From the NCBI RefSeq assembly GCF_006345805.1, contig NC_042999.1, positions 43,462,001 to 43,526,000 of the forward strand: a stretch of DNA of 64,000 bases, given 5' to 3'. Source of the stretch: Octopus sinensis. Taxonomy: Eukaryota. Below are positions 52,498 through 64,000 of this stretch, piece after piece; position 1 is the stretch's first letter, and each line of letters opens with the position of its first letter. A program made the position numbers and the translations under genes. The notes under the pieces were generated by a model. That model worked only from the letters and a program-made list of their open reading frames with translations. It was not told the origin of the DNA and did not search any database.

Positions 52498-53388
52498 TAT
52501 TATCTGATCAATAAGTATCTGAACTGTTGCCATAGTAACGAAGCTATAGGACACAGAGTGAAGCTACTTAGCAGAGATTGACCTTGAACTCTGTGTTGCA
52601 TGTGCACTAAGTTTTAATGTTCTAGCTCACTTCCATTGTTTACAGCAGTGCTTGGAAGGAATGTGTGTAGCACGTGATTGTCGCATTGACCATATAGAGA
52701 AAGTTGAGGAGAGAATCTTCATCAAATTTTGCCAAAAGCTTGGTAATACCTACTTAGAGGCCTACATAAAGTTTTCAAAAAGTTTTCATTGTTCTTGAGA
52801 CATTCAAAGAGGTCTTGTGCAACTGAAACCCGAACGTCTTTTTGGTCAGCTGAAAGGAGTTTTGTCACAAACTTGGCAGACACGTCCCATACCCAAATCT
52901 TCAGTGATAATGGACTGAACTGAACCGTAACTAATCTGCACATCCTCTGATAACTCATGGATGGTGATTCGACGAGTTCACCTCACAGCTGCACGTACAT
53001 CTGCGATGTTTTTCTCAGTTCTTCTAGTTGCAGGTCTCCCAGAATGTTCATCAATATCGACATTTTTTCAGCCATCTTGGAAGCATTTGAACCACTCATA
53101 CATTTGTGTGTGGCTCGTACACACCTCTCCGTACACTTTCTGCAACATTGCATAGGCCTTTGAGCAGGTATTGCCATGGCAACTTTCTCTGTCATGGTCA
53201 ATATGACGATCACACGCTACACGCCTTCCTTCCAAGCACTGCTGTAAAATCAGAAGTTAGCTAGAACATTGAAACTTAGTGGACATGCACAGCAGAGGTC
53301 AAGGTCAATCTTTGCCAAAGGCTTTACTCTGTGTGCTTTAGCTTCGTTACTATGGCAACAGTCCGGATACTTACTGATCAGACCTAAT
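52498..53388. mobile_element. mariner derivative made of two 5' ends in inverted orientation
   Basis: About 210-bp inverted arms starting with TIR (GG)TCTGATCA(G/A)TAAGTATC; the minus copy encodes the HTH region (YEWFKCFQDG, HSGRPAT, GRVSAKFVTKLL); no catalytic domain. Confidence 0.85.
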
Positions 53389-53422
53389 ATATTATATGTA
53401 TGTTAGATAGATAGATAGATAG

Positions 53423-53464
<42 letters not shown>

Positions 53465-53843
53465 AGAAGCAGACAAATGAGAGTGGGTGCAAAATCAGCA
53501 TGCAAAATAGTTTTGAAGTCAACGAAAATAACCAGCTGTTGTCTCCTGCGAGTAAAGCAGAGCAAAGAATGAAAGAAAGGGAAGAAGAGAAAGAGAATGT
53601 GAAGAGGAGGGTAGTAGAAATGTAGGGATGCGGTAAGAGACGAGGTAATGTCTTCTATTCACTCTCACGTGACATTCCCTTAACTTTGTTAGGTCTTTTC
53701 ATCATCAGACTGTATCTGTGCAAATATTATGTCTGTGTGTGTGTATGTGTGAGTGTGAGTTTACACACATTTTTGTACGAGCATGTGTGCATATGTCTGT
53801 GCGTGTAAACATATACACACAAATGTATACAAGTATATATATA

Positions 53844-53875
<32 letters not shown>

Positions 53876-54001
53876 GAATAGATATATGTGATTTATATAT
53901 TTCTATATCTATGTGAAATACTAATCAAAATTCAGTATATATAAATTCATAATAATGCAAATGTTTTCTCTGTGTGTGTGTGTCTGTGTACATATATATA
54001 T

Positions 54002-54067
<66 letters not shown>

Positions 54068-54518
54068 CAAGGGATGACAATTTGTAAAACAAGCTATGCC
54101 TAGCCACTTAGTAAAAGTACTCAAATATAGTCTGAGAGTGGGAAAATACAAGTTCCTGATGAACCAAAGACATAATACAATATAATTTTGTATATATATA
54201 TTTAAATAAAAACCTTTGACTCTGCAACACTGTATATAAATTCTCTACTTGGAATAACCAAGTTTAAAAACTGCTGGATCTCATTCATAAGGTAATCTTA
54301 CAGTGTGTATAAACTCTATATTTGGACGGATCCATTTTAAACTCTGTTGGCCTTTCAGATTTTACTCATAGGATAATGGAATATTACATATATACCATAC
54401 TGCCTAAAAAATGGATTTACAACTTCAATACATATACATATCTATTTTCTTTCCTCCACCTCACTCTCTATTTTGTATCATATCTAAACTAACTATGACT
54501 TAATTATCCTCTCACATC

Positions 54519-54566
54519 GTCTCTGATGAAGGGATATAATAAATATCCTGGAAACAGCTGTAAGAC
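54519..54566 (+). ncRNA. Minimal type I hammerhead ribozyme with canonical core, in non-coding repeat about 54400-54775
   Basis: GUCU CUGAUGA A GGGAUAU-AAUAA-AUAUCCU G GAAA CAGCUG U A / AGAC. Confidence 0.8.
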
Positions 54567-54772
54567 CTATCTATAAATGTTCTAATATCTACACAACCTT
54601 GGTTTTTTTTATCTCATTACGCAAAAAATTCTTATATACACATGTTGGCATAGAACCAACGTTGAACCCCTTATTCGCAAAATTACCGAATCTGGAACTT
54701 AACTATGGTCTGTCTATAGCACTTATTCAGCATTACCTGACACCTTTGGGTCTCAATGACACCATTATTTCT

Positions 54773-54805
<33 letters not shown>

Positions 54806-54849
54806 ATGTGTATATATATATATTATATATATATATATATGTATGTATG

Positions 54850-54881
<32 letters not shown>

Positions 54882-54901
54882 TGTATATATATATATGTAC
54901 A

Positions 54902-55014
54902 CAGTAGTCCACCCCCCCCGGTATTTGCGGTGGTTAGGTTCCTAGAGCACCCATGAATAATGGACGTGGTCCATAAAAATGCCTAATATGTCAAAATATA
55001 ATGTAAAATATTAT

Positions 55015-55059
<45 letters not shown>

Positions 55060-57196
55060 TTTACTAATAATGTAATAAAAATAAAGTAAAAGGTACGGTT
55101 ACCCATCAATAATGAATGATATTGATTTAAGATGATGATGATGAAAATAATGAAGGTAAGGACTGCACAGCAAAGAAGATTTAAAGCTCTTCAGGTGTTT
55201 TAGGGTATGTCGTATCTTCCTGCAAGGCTTTCTTAATGTGCTTGAGGCACATTGTGATGGGAAGTTGCTGTAGTTGTTTCTTCTTGGTAGAGTTTTATAT
55301 GTCTGTATGGCAGCATCGATGGCATTTTCAAATTGGAAAGACCGAACCATATAGGGATTCCATGCTTCCGCCTTCCCTTGCAATTCCTTTGCTGTCCTTA
55401 AAAGGTCGGACAGATGTTTGATTGTCAGGCCCACCTCATCCTCCTCTTCCTCCTCCTCCTCCTCTTCGCTGTCAGACTTCATTAACTCCAACAAATCTTC
55501 ATCTGTTAGGGTTTCAGAGTGGGCATTGATGAGAATGTTGATCTCATTTTACGTGATGTTGTCAAAACCTTCACCTCCAAGTACCTTTGCCATTTTCACC
55601 GCATTGTTGACAGCCTCGTGCTGAATATCTTCAGGGGAGAAGCCCTTGTAGTCCTGGACACACTCTAGCCACACCTTCCAACATGTGATGAGGGTTTCTT
55701 TTTTCATGTCTTTAAGAGCATAGATGACTGACAGGTATGTTGCGATCATGAAGTTATGCCTGTACTCCTTTAACTTGAAATTCTTGTCTGAATCCATTGC
55801 ATCTACAAGGTGATGGAGAGAGTTCCGAGTATAAAGTGCCTTGAAGGCACAGATCACACCTTGATCCATAGGCTGGATAAGGAAAGTGGTGTTGGCAGGG
55901 AGGAACTCAACTTTGACTCCAACATGATTTAAATCCAAAGAGTGACTACCAGCATTATCCATAACAAGCAATACTTTGAATTCCATGCATACATTTTGGA
56001 AGTATTTTTTGGCTTGAGGGATGAAGCAGGTGGAACCAATTCAAAGTTAGACTTTTGGTAATCCAGGCCTGGGGGTTGTGCATCCAGTGGGCAGGCAGCA
56101 GATTTTTATTCTTATTTTTGAAAGCCCTCAGGTTCATGGACTTGTAGATAAGTCCTGGTTTCATCATGAAGCCAGCAGCATTGCTACACGTAATTAGCAT
56201 CACTCTGTCCATCTGTGCCTTCAATCCTGGGACTCTGGCTTTGTCCTTCATGGCATACGTTCTGAAAGGCATCTTCTTCCAGAACAAGCCAGTCTTGTCC
56301 ATATAGAAAACCTGTTCCAGCTTGTATCCCTTTTCCTCGATGATCTGCCTGAAGGTCTCAAGGTACTTCTCTGCAGCTTCTTTGTCAGCTGATACTGTCT
56401 CTTCATACAGGGAAACACACTTTATTTTAAACTGTTTCTGGAAACAGTCAAACCATGCCTTGCTGGCTTGAAAATCTTTGGACTCCAGTGTTGCCAATGG
56501 TCTTGGTTGCAGTTCTTCAATGCCTTCTGCTCCATCTCCGCCGTCAAACTGATGGTATAATTTCTGTACTTTCTCGCAGATGATGTTACCACTCAAAGGA
56601 ATGCTTTTCTTTTTGCAGTTACTGATCCAGAATACCAAGGTAGATTCCATCTTGACAAGGTGCTTATTTCTTATTGTCATTATCTTTTTGGCACTTTCAC
56701 AGGAATTTACTGCTATGGTAGACCTGATCGCTACTTCATTCTTCTTTATGTAGCGTATAGTGCTTTCATTGACATCATAACAGCAACCAACTGCAGCACA
56801 ACTCTTACCTTCCTGGAACATATCCAGCAGTTGTACCATCTCATGGAACTTCATAGCCTTTTTCTGTCACTTAGGTTCACAGCCAGAAGCCTTAGAAGAT
56901 GTAGGGTGTTTGGGTAGCATCTTAGGGCCCTAAGTTAAACATAGGAGATGGAGCAGAAAGTAATACAAACTAATTTTTCAAAACTATTGTTATTTTTAAT
57001 GTCTGCTCAGTCTCCCATTGGTGCTATGCACATAGTAGATGCAAGGAAGGTTTTTTTGTATGTTTATTTTTGGGAAAAATTGCATCCTATCTCGAGTGTT
57101 TTGTTGAGTGTTGTGTTTTTCACAGCATGGTTTTGAAAAATTTAGTTTGTATTACCACTAGATACAGTAATCTATACTATAATAAAAATAATGATG

Positions 57197-57251
<55 letters not shown>

Positions 57252-57432
57252 GAGAGAGAGAGGGAGAGAGAAGGGAAAAGAGAGAGACTGATATTGCCAT
57301 GAAAGAAGTCATAAAAAATTGTAGATGGTATTTACAATTCTGCGAATATGTGGTGGTTTCTGCAAACAAATATTCATTCCACGAATAACTGGGACCGCAA
57401 ATACCAAACCATGAACAAGCAGGAGTACACTG
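54902..57432 (-). mobile_element. Tigger (pogo superfamily) DNA transposon, near full length, decayed transposase about 56920-55200
   Basis: HTH (VNESTIRYIKKNE), ASKAWF, QVFYMDKTGLFWKKMP, VLLVMDNAGSH, LIQPMDQGVI; CAGT ends and a shared subterminal GGTATTTGCGG; frameshifts and stops. Confidence 0.85.
57188..57250. repeat. (AAT)n microsatellite
   Basis: Direct reading. Confidence 0.95.
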
Positions 57433-57452
57433 TATGTATGTATGTATATATA

Positions 57453-57533
<81 letters not shown>

Positions 57534-58647
57534 GTATTTGTGTGTATCTCTCTCTCTCTCTCTTTATACACACACACATATATATATATATGTATATGCA
57601 TAACATAGACAAATACAGGTGTATCAAATACCATACAATTTAAATTCTTGATTTTTTTAAAATTATCTCTTCTTACAGAGAAAGTGGATAATTGCCTGAA
57701 GATAGATAAAATCAACTTTAAATAAGAAGGGGAGATAATTTCAAGAATCAAAAATTTTCCGACTTTGAAATGTGGTTGGTGTTAAGAAGGGTATCCAGCT
57801 GTATGAACCATACCAAAACAGACTGTGGAGCTTGGTGCAGTCCTCTGGCTTGCCAGCTCCTGTCAAATTGTCCAACCCATACCAGCATGGAAGGTGGATA
57901 TTAGATGATGATGCTGTTGCTGCTGCTGCTGCTGATGTACCTGATTGTCTTGAGACAAGACAGCAGCTATGGATATGTGTATCTGTGTAAGAAGACATCC
58001 TACTTTGTCTCCAGCAGAATAAGATATTGAGACATATAAAAAGGAGTAAAACATATTTATGGCCAAGGTAATTTGTAGAAATGAAACTAAAATTAATCAA
58101 AGGAAATACCTCTAGCCAGCTTGTTGCATTAATTGTAGTAATAAAGATGAATAAGTGTGTATATAATAATCCTTTCTACTTTAGGCACAATGCTTGGAAT
58201 TTGGAGGAGGGGGCTAGTTGATTACATTGACCCCCCAGGTCTCCACAAGTACTTATCTCATCAACCCTAACAGGATGAAAGGCAAAGTCAACCTCAGTGG
58301 AATTTGAGCTCAGAATGCAAAGACGGATGAAATGCAGCTAAGCATCTTCCCCAACATGGTAACTATTCTGCTAGTCTGCTACCTTAAGAGCATTTTTAAT
58401 AATAAACGATGATGATGATGATGATGAATTAATTATTCTTCCTACTAAAGACAAGAGACCTGGAATTTTAGTGGAGGAGACTAGTAGATCATATCAGTCC
58501 TGATGCTCAACTGGTACTTATTTTAACAACATTGAAAGGATGAAAGAAAATATTAACCTCAGCAGAGTTTGAACTCAGAACACAAAGTTAAATTAAATGC
58601 ATCTAAGCATTTTGTCCAGTGTGCTGATCATTCTGCCAGCTCACCGC

Positions 58648-59999
58648 ATTGGCTGACCAAGACACTGTCATAGAATGTGACCAAATGATGTTTATTTTTA
58701 TTTTTAACATAGTCTTGTTTGTGGTCCACACACTTCTCCCATTTGAGTTGCAGTGCTTGGATCCCATTGGTGAAGAAGCTTTCATCCGTTGGTCAAAAAA
58801 GTCATCAACAGCTGATATAACATCATTATCGCTGCAATACTGCTTCTCAGCCAAGTGTTTCTCCATGCTGGGGAACAGATGACAGTCAGATGAGGCCAAA
58901 TCAGGAGAATATGGAAGGGGATCAACCAGTTCCTAGCCACAACCATGAACAACAGCCATTGAAATCAAAAATTGTGCGCTGGAGCACTGACCGGATAAAA
59001 CAAGGTCCTTTTCGTCAGTTTTCATGGGCGTTTGGTCTTGAGAGCCCTTCATAACTGCCTCTTGTCTCTCTGTCTGTGGCTCAAAGTGATGAACTTAGCA
59101 CACATTCTGGGTTAAGAAACATTCAAGGAAATCAGCTGGGTCTGCCTCAAACAATGTAAGATTTTCCTGTAATGTGATCCACCTGGTGTGCTTTTGATCA
59201 GGTGTCAGATGAGTTACCCATCAAGCAGAAACTAGAGCTATGAAATTTTGCATGCATTCATTTCAACCCTTCTTATTTAATAGCTGCATTTTTTCTTTCC
59301 AGGTAAACTGACATCTCACTGTTCAAATACTTCAAAAGTAACTAGTAGCAACATCTCTTGAAAATGGACAAAATTTGGCATCACGGTGTTATCAAGTAGT
59401 TGCAGAAAAAAGGTTTAGCCCCCAAGGACATCCATGCTGACATGATTGCTATATGATGATCCAGCTTTATCAACAGTGCAAAAGCAGGAAGCTGAAACTT
59501 TTGTCATGCTAAATTTATTGTGCAGAATGTTCTCAACCCTCTCGCAGAATGTGCTAATAGCATTGGATTTATAGTCAATTGCCTGTCATCCATCATCATG
59601 TGGTGAATACAATCAATGCTTTCCTCAATGGTAGCAGTTGCAATACATCCAGACCTTAGTACATTTTCAAGTCTCTCTTTTCCCTTTTTAAATTCAGCTT
59701 CCTGCTTTTGCATTGTTGATAAAGCTGGAGTGTCATCCCTTAATGTGGCAATCATGTCAACATGAATGTCCTTGGGGGCTAAACCCTTTTTCTGCAACTA
59801 CTTGATAACACCATAATGCCAAATTTTGTCCATTTTCAAGAGACGTTGCTACTAGTTACATTTGAAGTTTTCTTTGAATAGTGGGATGTCAGTTTACCTG
59901 GAAAGAAACAAGGCAGTTATTAATAAGAAGGGTTGAAATTAATGCATGCAAAATTTCACTCCTTCATAGTCAGCCTATGACCTTTCTAACCCACTCTAG
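58648..59999 (-). mobile_element. mariner transposon, internally deleted, containing an inverted copy of its own 5' segment (59234-59488)
   Basis: KGLAPKDIH, MTKVSA..WV.HLTPDQK, PYSPDLASSD, GIQALQLKWEKCV; 5' TIR about 59970-59999; 3' TIR cut by a SINE-D. Confidence 0.85.
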
Positions 60000-61379
60000 T
60001 ACAGTTGATGTAAAAAAACAAAAAAATATGTTTTATGCATCATAAATTTATAGTTCCATACTTTATTCTATCTATGTCAATGAACAAAATCATATATTTT
60101 CTCATATAAAACCACCTTAAAATATCTTTTAATGACTGTATGAATGAAACACTAAATTTTTTCCTCACAAAATATACTTGTAAAATAGGGGTGCGTCTTA
60201 TAAGCCAGCAAATATGGCAATCTACAATTTATTTGGTGAAACAAAATAAAAATGAATTTATTCAAGTTATTCATCGAATTCACATATGCGAAGAATCAAA
60301 GTTAAATTTTTTTCTCCCGTGTCTCACAGAAAAGAAAAAATAGCCAAGACTATTTTACTCTCAAATACAACAATAGACTGTATGATGAAAGGAAAAATGA
60401 TAGACCGGAAAGTAGAATAAGAAGAAAAATGGCAACAAAAATAGCAACAAATTTCCTAAAAAGTTGATCAGTACAACAGTCAATTATTTCGTAAACCTAC
60501 TTCGATTTATTAACTGCATTTCCTTCTATCACTTTAAACTCTTTATGTTTAAGATGAGTAAATTATTAGACACAAACCTCCAGTTAATGTAACTGTTTGC
60601 AAAGTAAATATATTATTTTCCACTTAAATATTGATATACAGCAGTTGTAAAATTACAAAAGAAAGTCACAGAAATATTTTTTAGAATGTTTATAAATAAT
60701 TCAATGAAAATTATCGTTTACTATTTTGTTTATGCATGAGAAAGTTTTGATTAAATTTCACTGAAATTGTACATTAATATTGGGGACAATTATAAAAATT
60801 CCGTTTCACATTCACCTTCAGCCACCAATATTAGTTACAGACACATGTATTCAGAGCTTTTAGAACTGGCAGAAATACCAGCCATATCTCTTGCAAATCA
60901 GCCAGAAAAGACACATTATAATGGTTTCAAATTTTTGCAGTGGGCCAGCAGTTTTTGAAGGTAAGGTGAAGTCCATTACCCTGACCTAAGTTCTTGACTG
61001 GTGCTTCCCGAAAGGATGAAAAGTAAAGTTGACCTCAGCAGAATTTGAGTTCAGAACGCAAAGATGGATGAAATGCCCCTAAGCATTTTGTCTAGCATGC
61101 TAACACTTCTGCCTGCTCATTCCTTAGATAGGCAAACACATCATAATAGTGTAAAAGAGAACCTTGACAAGAAATGATGTCATCCATCCACATAAATGTA
61201 AATATTGTACTGTGTATATAGGGAGTTTGCGGAAGATGAAATATTTTGAGAAATGCAACCTAAATTTCAACAATCTGTCCAATTAAAAACCGCCCGATAG
61301 AGCAGCCATTTTTGTGAAAATCAGAATAGAGGTAAAGTAAATGATTTGTTTAGTGCTACAGATACTTTTCGTTTTTAAA

Positions 61380-61890
61380 TTGAATATATATCTGCAATCG
61401 TTGAACCCACCTCCTGAACCTTCTTTGGAAAAAAATTAGTTGTGCTTTCCTGCATGCAATTCTTTACAGCCACCTCATCAGTATCATCGAAACCGTTGTT
61501 ACCGAAGACTGTCTTTCATTGAATGAAACAGATGGAAGTTGGAGAGTGCCAAATCCAGTCTATACACACAGTGAATGGGAAACCACTGACTAACCCAAGT
61601 TGTCAATTGCCCAACTTGTTGCCAAAGAGGAGTGTGGTCACGCATTGTTATGGTGAATGTGGATAGTTTTCAAATTCCTGCTTGGTTACTTCTGATGGCT
61701 TCTCTAAGCTTTTTGAGTGTCTCATTGTTCACAATGCAACCATGCTCCAGAAAAACAAAGATAATTACTAACCCCACCCCACCCGAAAGCCTGAGTCACC
61801 ATGACATTTGCGTTAATTACTAGCTCTTGACTGTCTTTAGGCTTTTGGGAGATCATGAAATACACCCACGTTTCATATCCCGTCACTTGA
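61380..61890 (-). mobile_element. mariner catalytic-domain fragment
   Basis: VTGYETWVYF, LKKLREAIR, HHNNA, DLALSNFHLF. Confidence 0.7.
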
Positions 61891-61946
61891 TCAGCAAAAA
61901 AAAAGGGTTTATTGGATTAAAAAATCTACAACAGGTTACAGCAGAT

Positions 61947-62373
61947 GGATCTTTTCGGTTTGAATGGCAGTTTCTAACATAATTTCTAGGTAACTAAAAA
62001 ATTTTAAACTTCGTATACTGGTAGAATGTGTTTATAAAACATCTTTTTTTCTTGGCTTTATAAAGTAAATTCTATAGTTTGTAAGATATTTGTTGTTTTT
62101 TTTCTTCAATTTCTGCAATTTCAACCAATCAGTGACGTCTATTGAGTTAAAAAGCATTCTGTGCCGTATGAATATGTCCCTCGTTTAAGAAACAGATTGG
62201 GTTTATTTACATTTCTGAAGAAAAAAATATACCCTTCCCCCCACCCCTAACCCTAACTAACCCTAGCCCTAAAACAGATTGAAATGCAATAGATCGATAC
62301 TAGGGTCATAGTTATGGGTGACAATTTCATATGACACCGCGAGAAAAATCTGCCGTTCAAACCGTAAAGATCC
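61947..62373. mobile_element. Merlin-like MITE with internal CCCTAA repeats
   Basis: 24-bp TIR GGATCTTT(T/A)CGGTTTGAA(T/C)GGCAG (22/24); no TSD seen; shares internal sequence with 63090-63437. Confidence 0.65.
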
Positions 62374-62669
62374 GAAATAACTACTCTGTCCACACTTTCC
62401 AATACTCAAATCTTCCGCCATCTTTTTTGTTCATTTGAACAACACTCTTAACAACTCACTTATGTCTCTCTACCAACAAACAATAATATTAATCTGCAAC
62501 AACCAATTTCTATACAACCATTGCATGCATGCGGGTATGTGTAATATATGACCATACTCAAGGCAAAGCGAGAATGAGTAACTGCGTGTATAGCTGGATA
62601 TAAATTTTATAAATTCAGCTCGAAGTACATACGCACGCAAAAGTATGAATGAAATAAACATCAGAGCGC

Positions 62670-63081
62670 AGGAGTGGCTGTGTGGTAAGTAGCTTGCTAA
62701 CCAACCACATGGTTCCGGGTTCAATATCACTGCGTGGCATCTTGGGCAAGTGTCTTCTGCTATAGCCCCGGGCCGACCAATGCCTTGTGAGTGGATTTGG
62801 TAGACGGAAACTGAAAGAAGCCTGTCGTATATATGTATATATATATATATGTGTGTGTGTGTTTGTGTGTCTGTATTTGTTCCCCTAGCATTGCTTGACA
62901 ACCGATGTTGGTGTGTTTATGTCCCCGTCACTTAGCGGTTCGGCAAAAAGAGACCGATAGAATAAGTACTGGGCTTACAAAAAGAATAAGTCCCGCGGTC
63001 GAGTTGCTCGACTAAAGGCGGTGCACCAGCGTGGCCGCAGTCAAATGACTGAAACAAGTAAAAGAGTAAAAGAGTAAGAGA
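62670..63081 (+). mobile_element. SINE-A, full length
   Basis: Head, core and tail all present. Confidence 0.9.
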
Positions 63082-63089
63082 GAGATTCT

Positions 63090-63437
63090 GGATCTTTTCC
63101 GTTTGAAGGCCAGATTTCAACACAATTTCTAAACACTTTAAAACTTCGTATACTGGTAGAATGTGTCAAAAGAAAACATTATTTTCACTTGGCTTTCTTG
63201 ATAAATTTGTAATTTGTTTGTTTAATGTAGTTTAATTTTTCCGAATTTTAACCAATCATATGCTCTCTTTTGAGCTAAAATCATTTGCTGCGTCTAAAAA
63301 CAGAGACAACATCCTGTAACTAACCCTCCCCCTGCCCCTAACCCTAACCCTAAATTTTTTTTTTCTTAATTGTTAATTTTACACGCGTAAAAAACTAGAA
63401 ATTGTGTTGAAACCTGGCCTTCAAAAGGAAAAGATCC
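63090..63437. mobile_element. Merlin-like MITE with internal (CCCTAA)3
   Basis: 42-bp TIRs (40/42) starting GG; perfect 8-bp TSD GAGATTCT at 63082-89 and 63438-45. Confidence 0.85.
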
Positions 63438-63849
63438 GAGATTCTTTGTCTCACACAGAAATTGCAGGAGGTATTCAGAGCTTTTGGAAACTCATCTAAA
63501 TTCATCAGAATGCTGGAAAGCCTTCCGTACTGCCAGCAGGTATCTCAAAGACAGCGTTTCACCCTTTCAGTATGTAGTCTTTTCCTGGTATGTCAATGAG
63601 GAGTCAATTAGTCTTCGCCAGCTGGAGGTTTGTTCTACTTGCGGTTTTTTATCAACATTAGCCACCTTAAGCTGGTTTTAGCTACCGTCTTCTTAGATGA
63701 GTAAAATTATATTTATTCAAAGCTGTGTCTGAATTACTACTCAGAGTTTTTTGTTCCTAATCCTCTCTCTCAGAGTTTATTAAAAAGTGAATTTGAGAGT
63801 TACTACTCGGAGTTTCTCAACGCCGGAGACAGAAGACTCCAAAAAGCAG

Positions 63850-64000
63850 CCCCTAGGGCAAGTGTCTTCTGCCATTGCCCCGTGCCGACCGAAGGCTTGT
63901 GAATGGATTTGGTTGTCAGAAATTGCGTTTTTGTCTCCCCACCCAACCACCACCACCACCACTTGAGAACCGGTGTTAGTTTGTTTACATCCCTGTAAAA
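63850..64000 (+). mobile_element. Degenerate SINE-A fragment running off the window end
   Basis: GGGCAAGTGTCTTCT...GGATTTGGT...GTTTACATCCCTGTAA. Confidence 0.65.

Noticed and set aside
63765-63830. GAAACTC-N-GAGTA motif resembling hammerhead stem III (also at about 30735)
   Set aside because: No CUGANGA core upstream on the same strand

Overview
AT-rich, microsatellite-dense animal DNA whose repeat content is typical of an octopus (coleoid cephalopod) genome; this assignment is by recognition, not by search. No host protein-coding gene can be named. Almost all ORF-track entries are read-throughs of SINEs, LINE tails or microsatellites. Mobile elements present: four tRNA-headed SINE families (labelled A-D here), a young 5'-truncated RTE LINE carrying a PHD-like C4HC3 finger inside its RT ORF plus many RTE 3'-tail fragments, decayed Tigger, pogo and mariner transposons (two with inverted 5'-end duplications), and hAT, piggyBac-like, Merlin-like and Helitron non-autonomous elements. 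A 294-bp x4 tandem array is built from a MITE end. A repeat-free island at about 8.2-11.7 kb looks like a promoter. The main hunt result is a set of type I hammerhead ribozyme folds (41.3, 41.8, 44.0, 44.4, 46.5, 54.5 kb and a decayed one at 30.2 kb) in at least five unrelated non-coding Penelope-like/retrozyme-like repeat families. All have (near-)palindromic stem III, which implies dimer-dependent cleavage. In two of them an upstream inverted arm is antisense to the cleavage site. None of the folds has been computed or tested.
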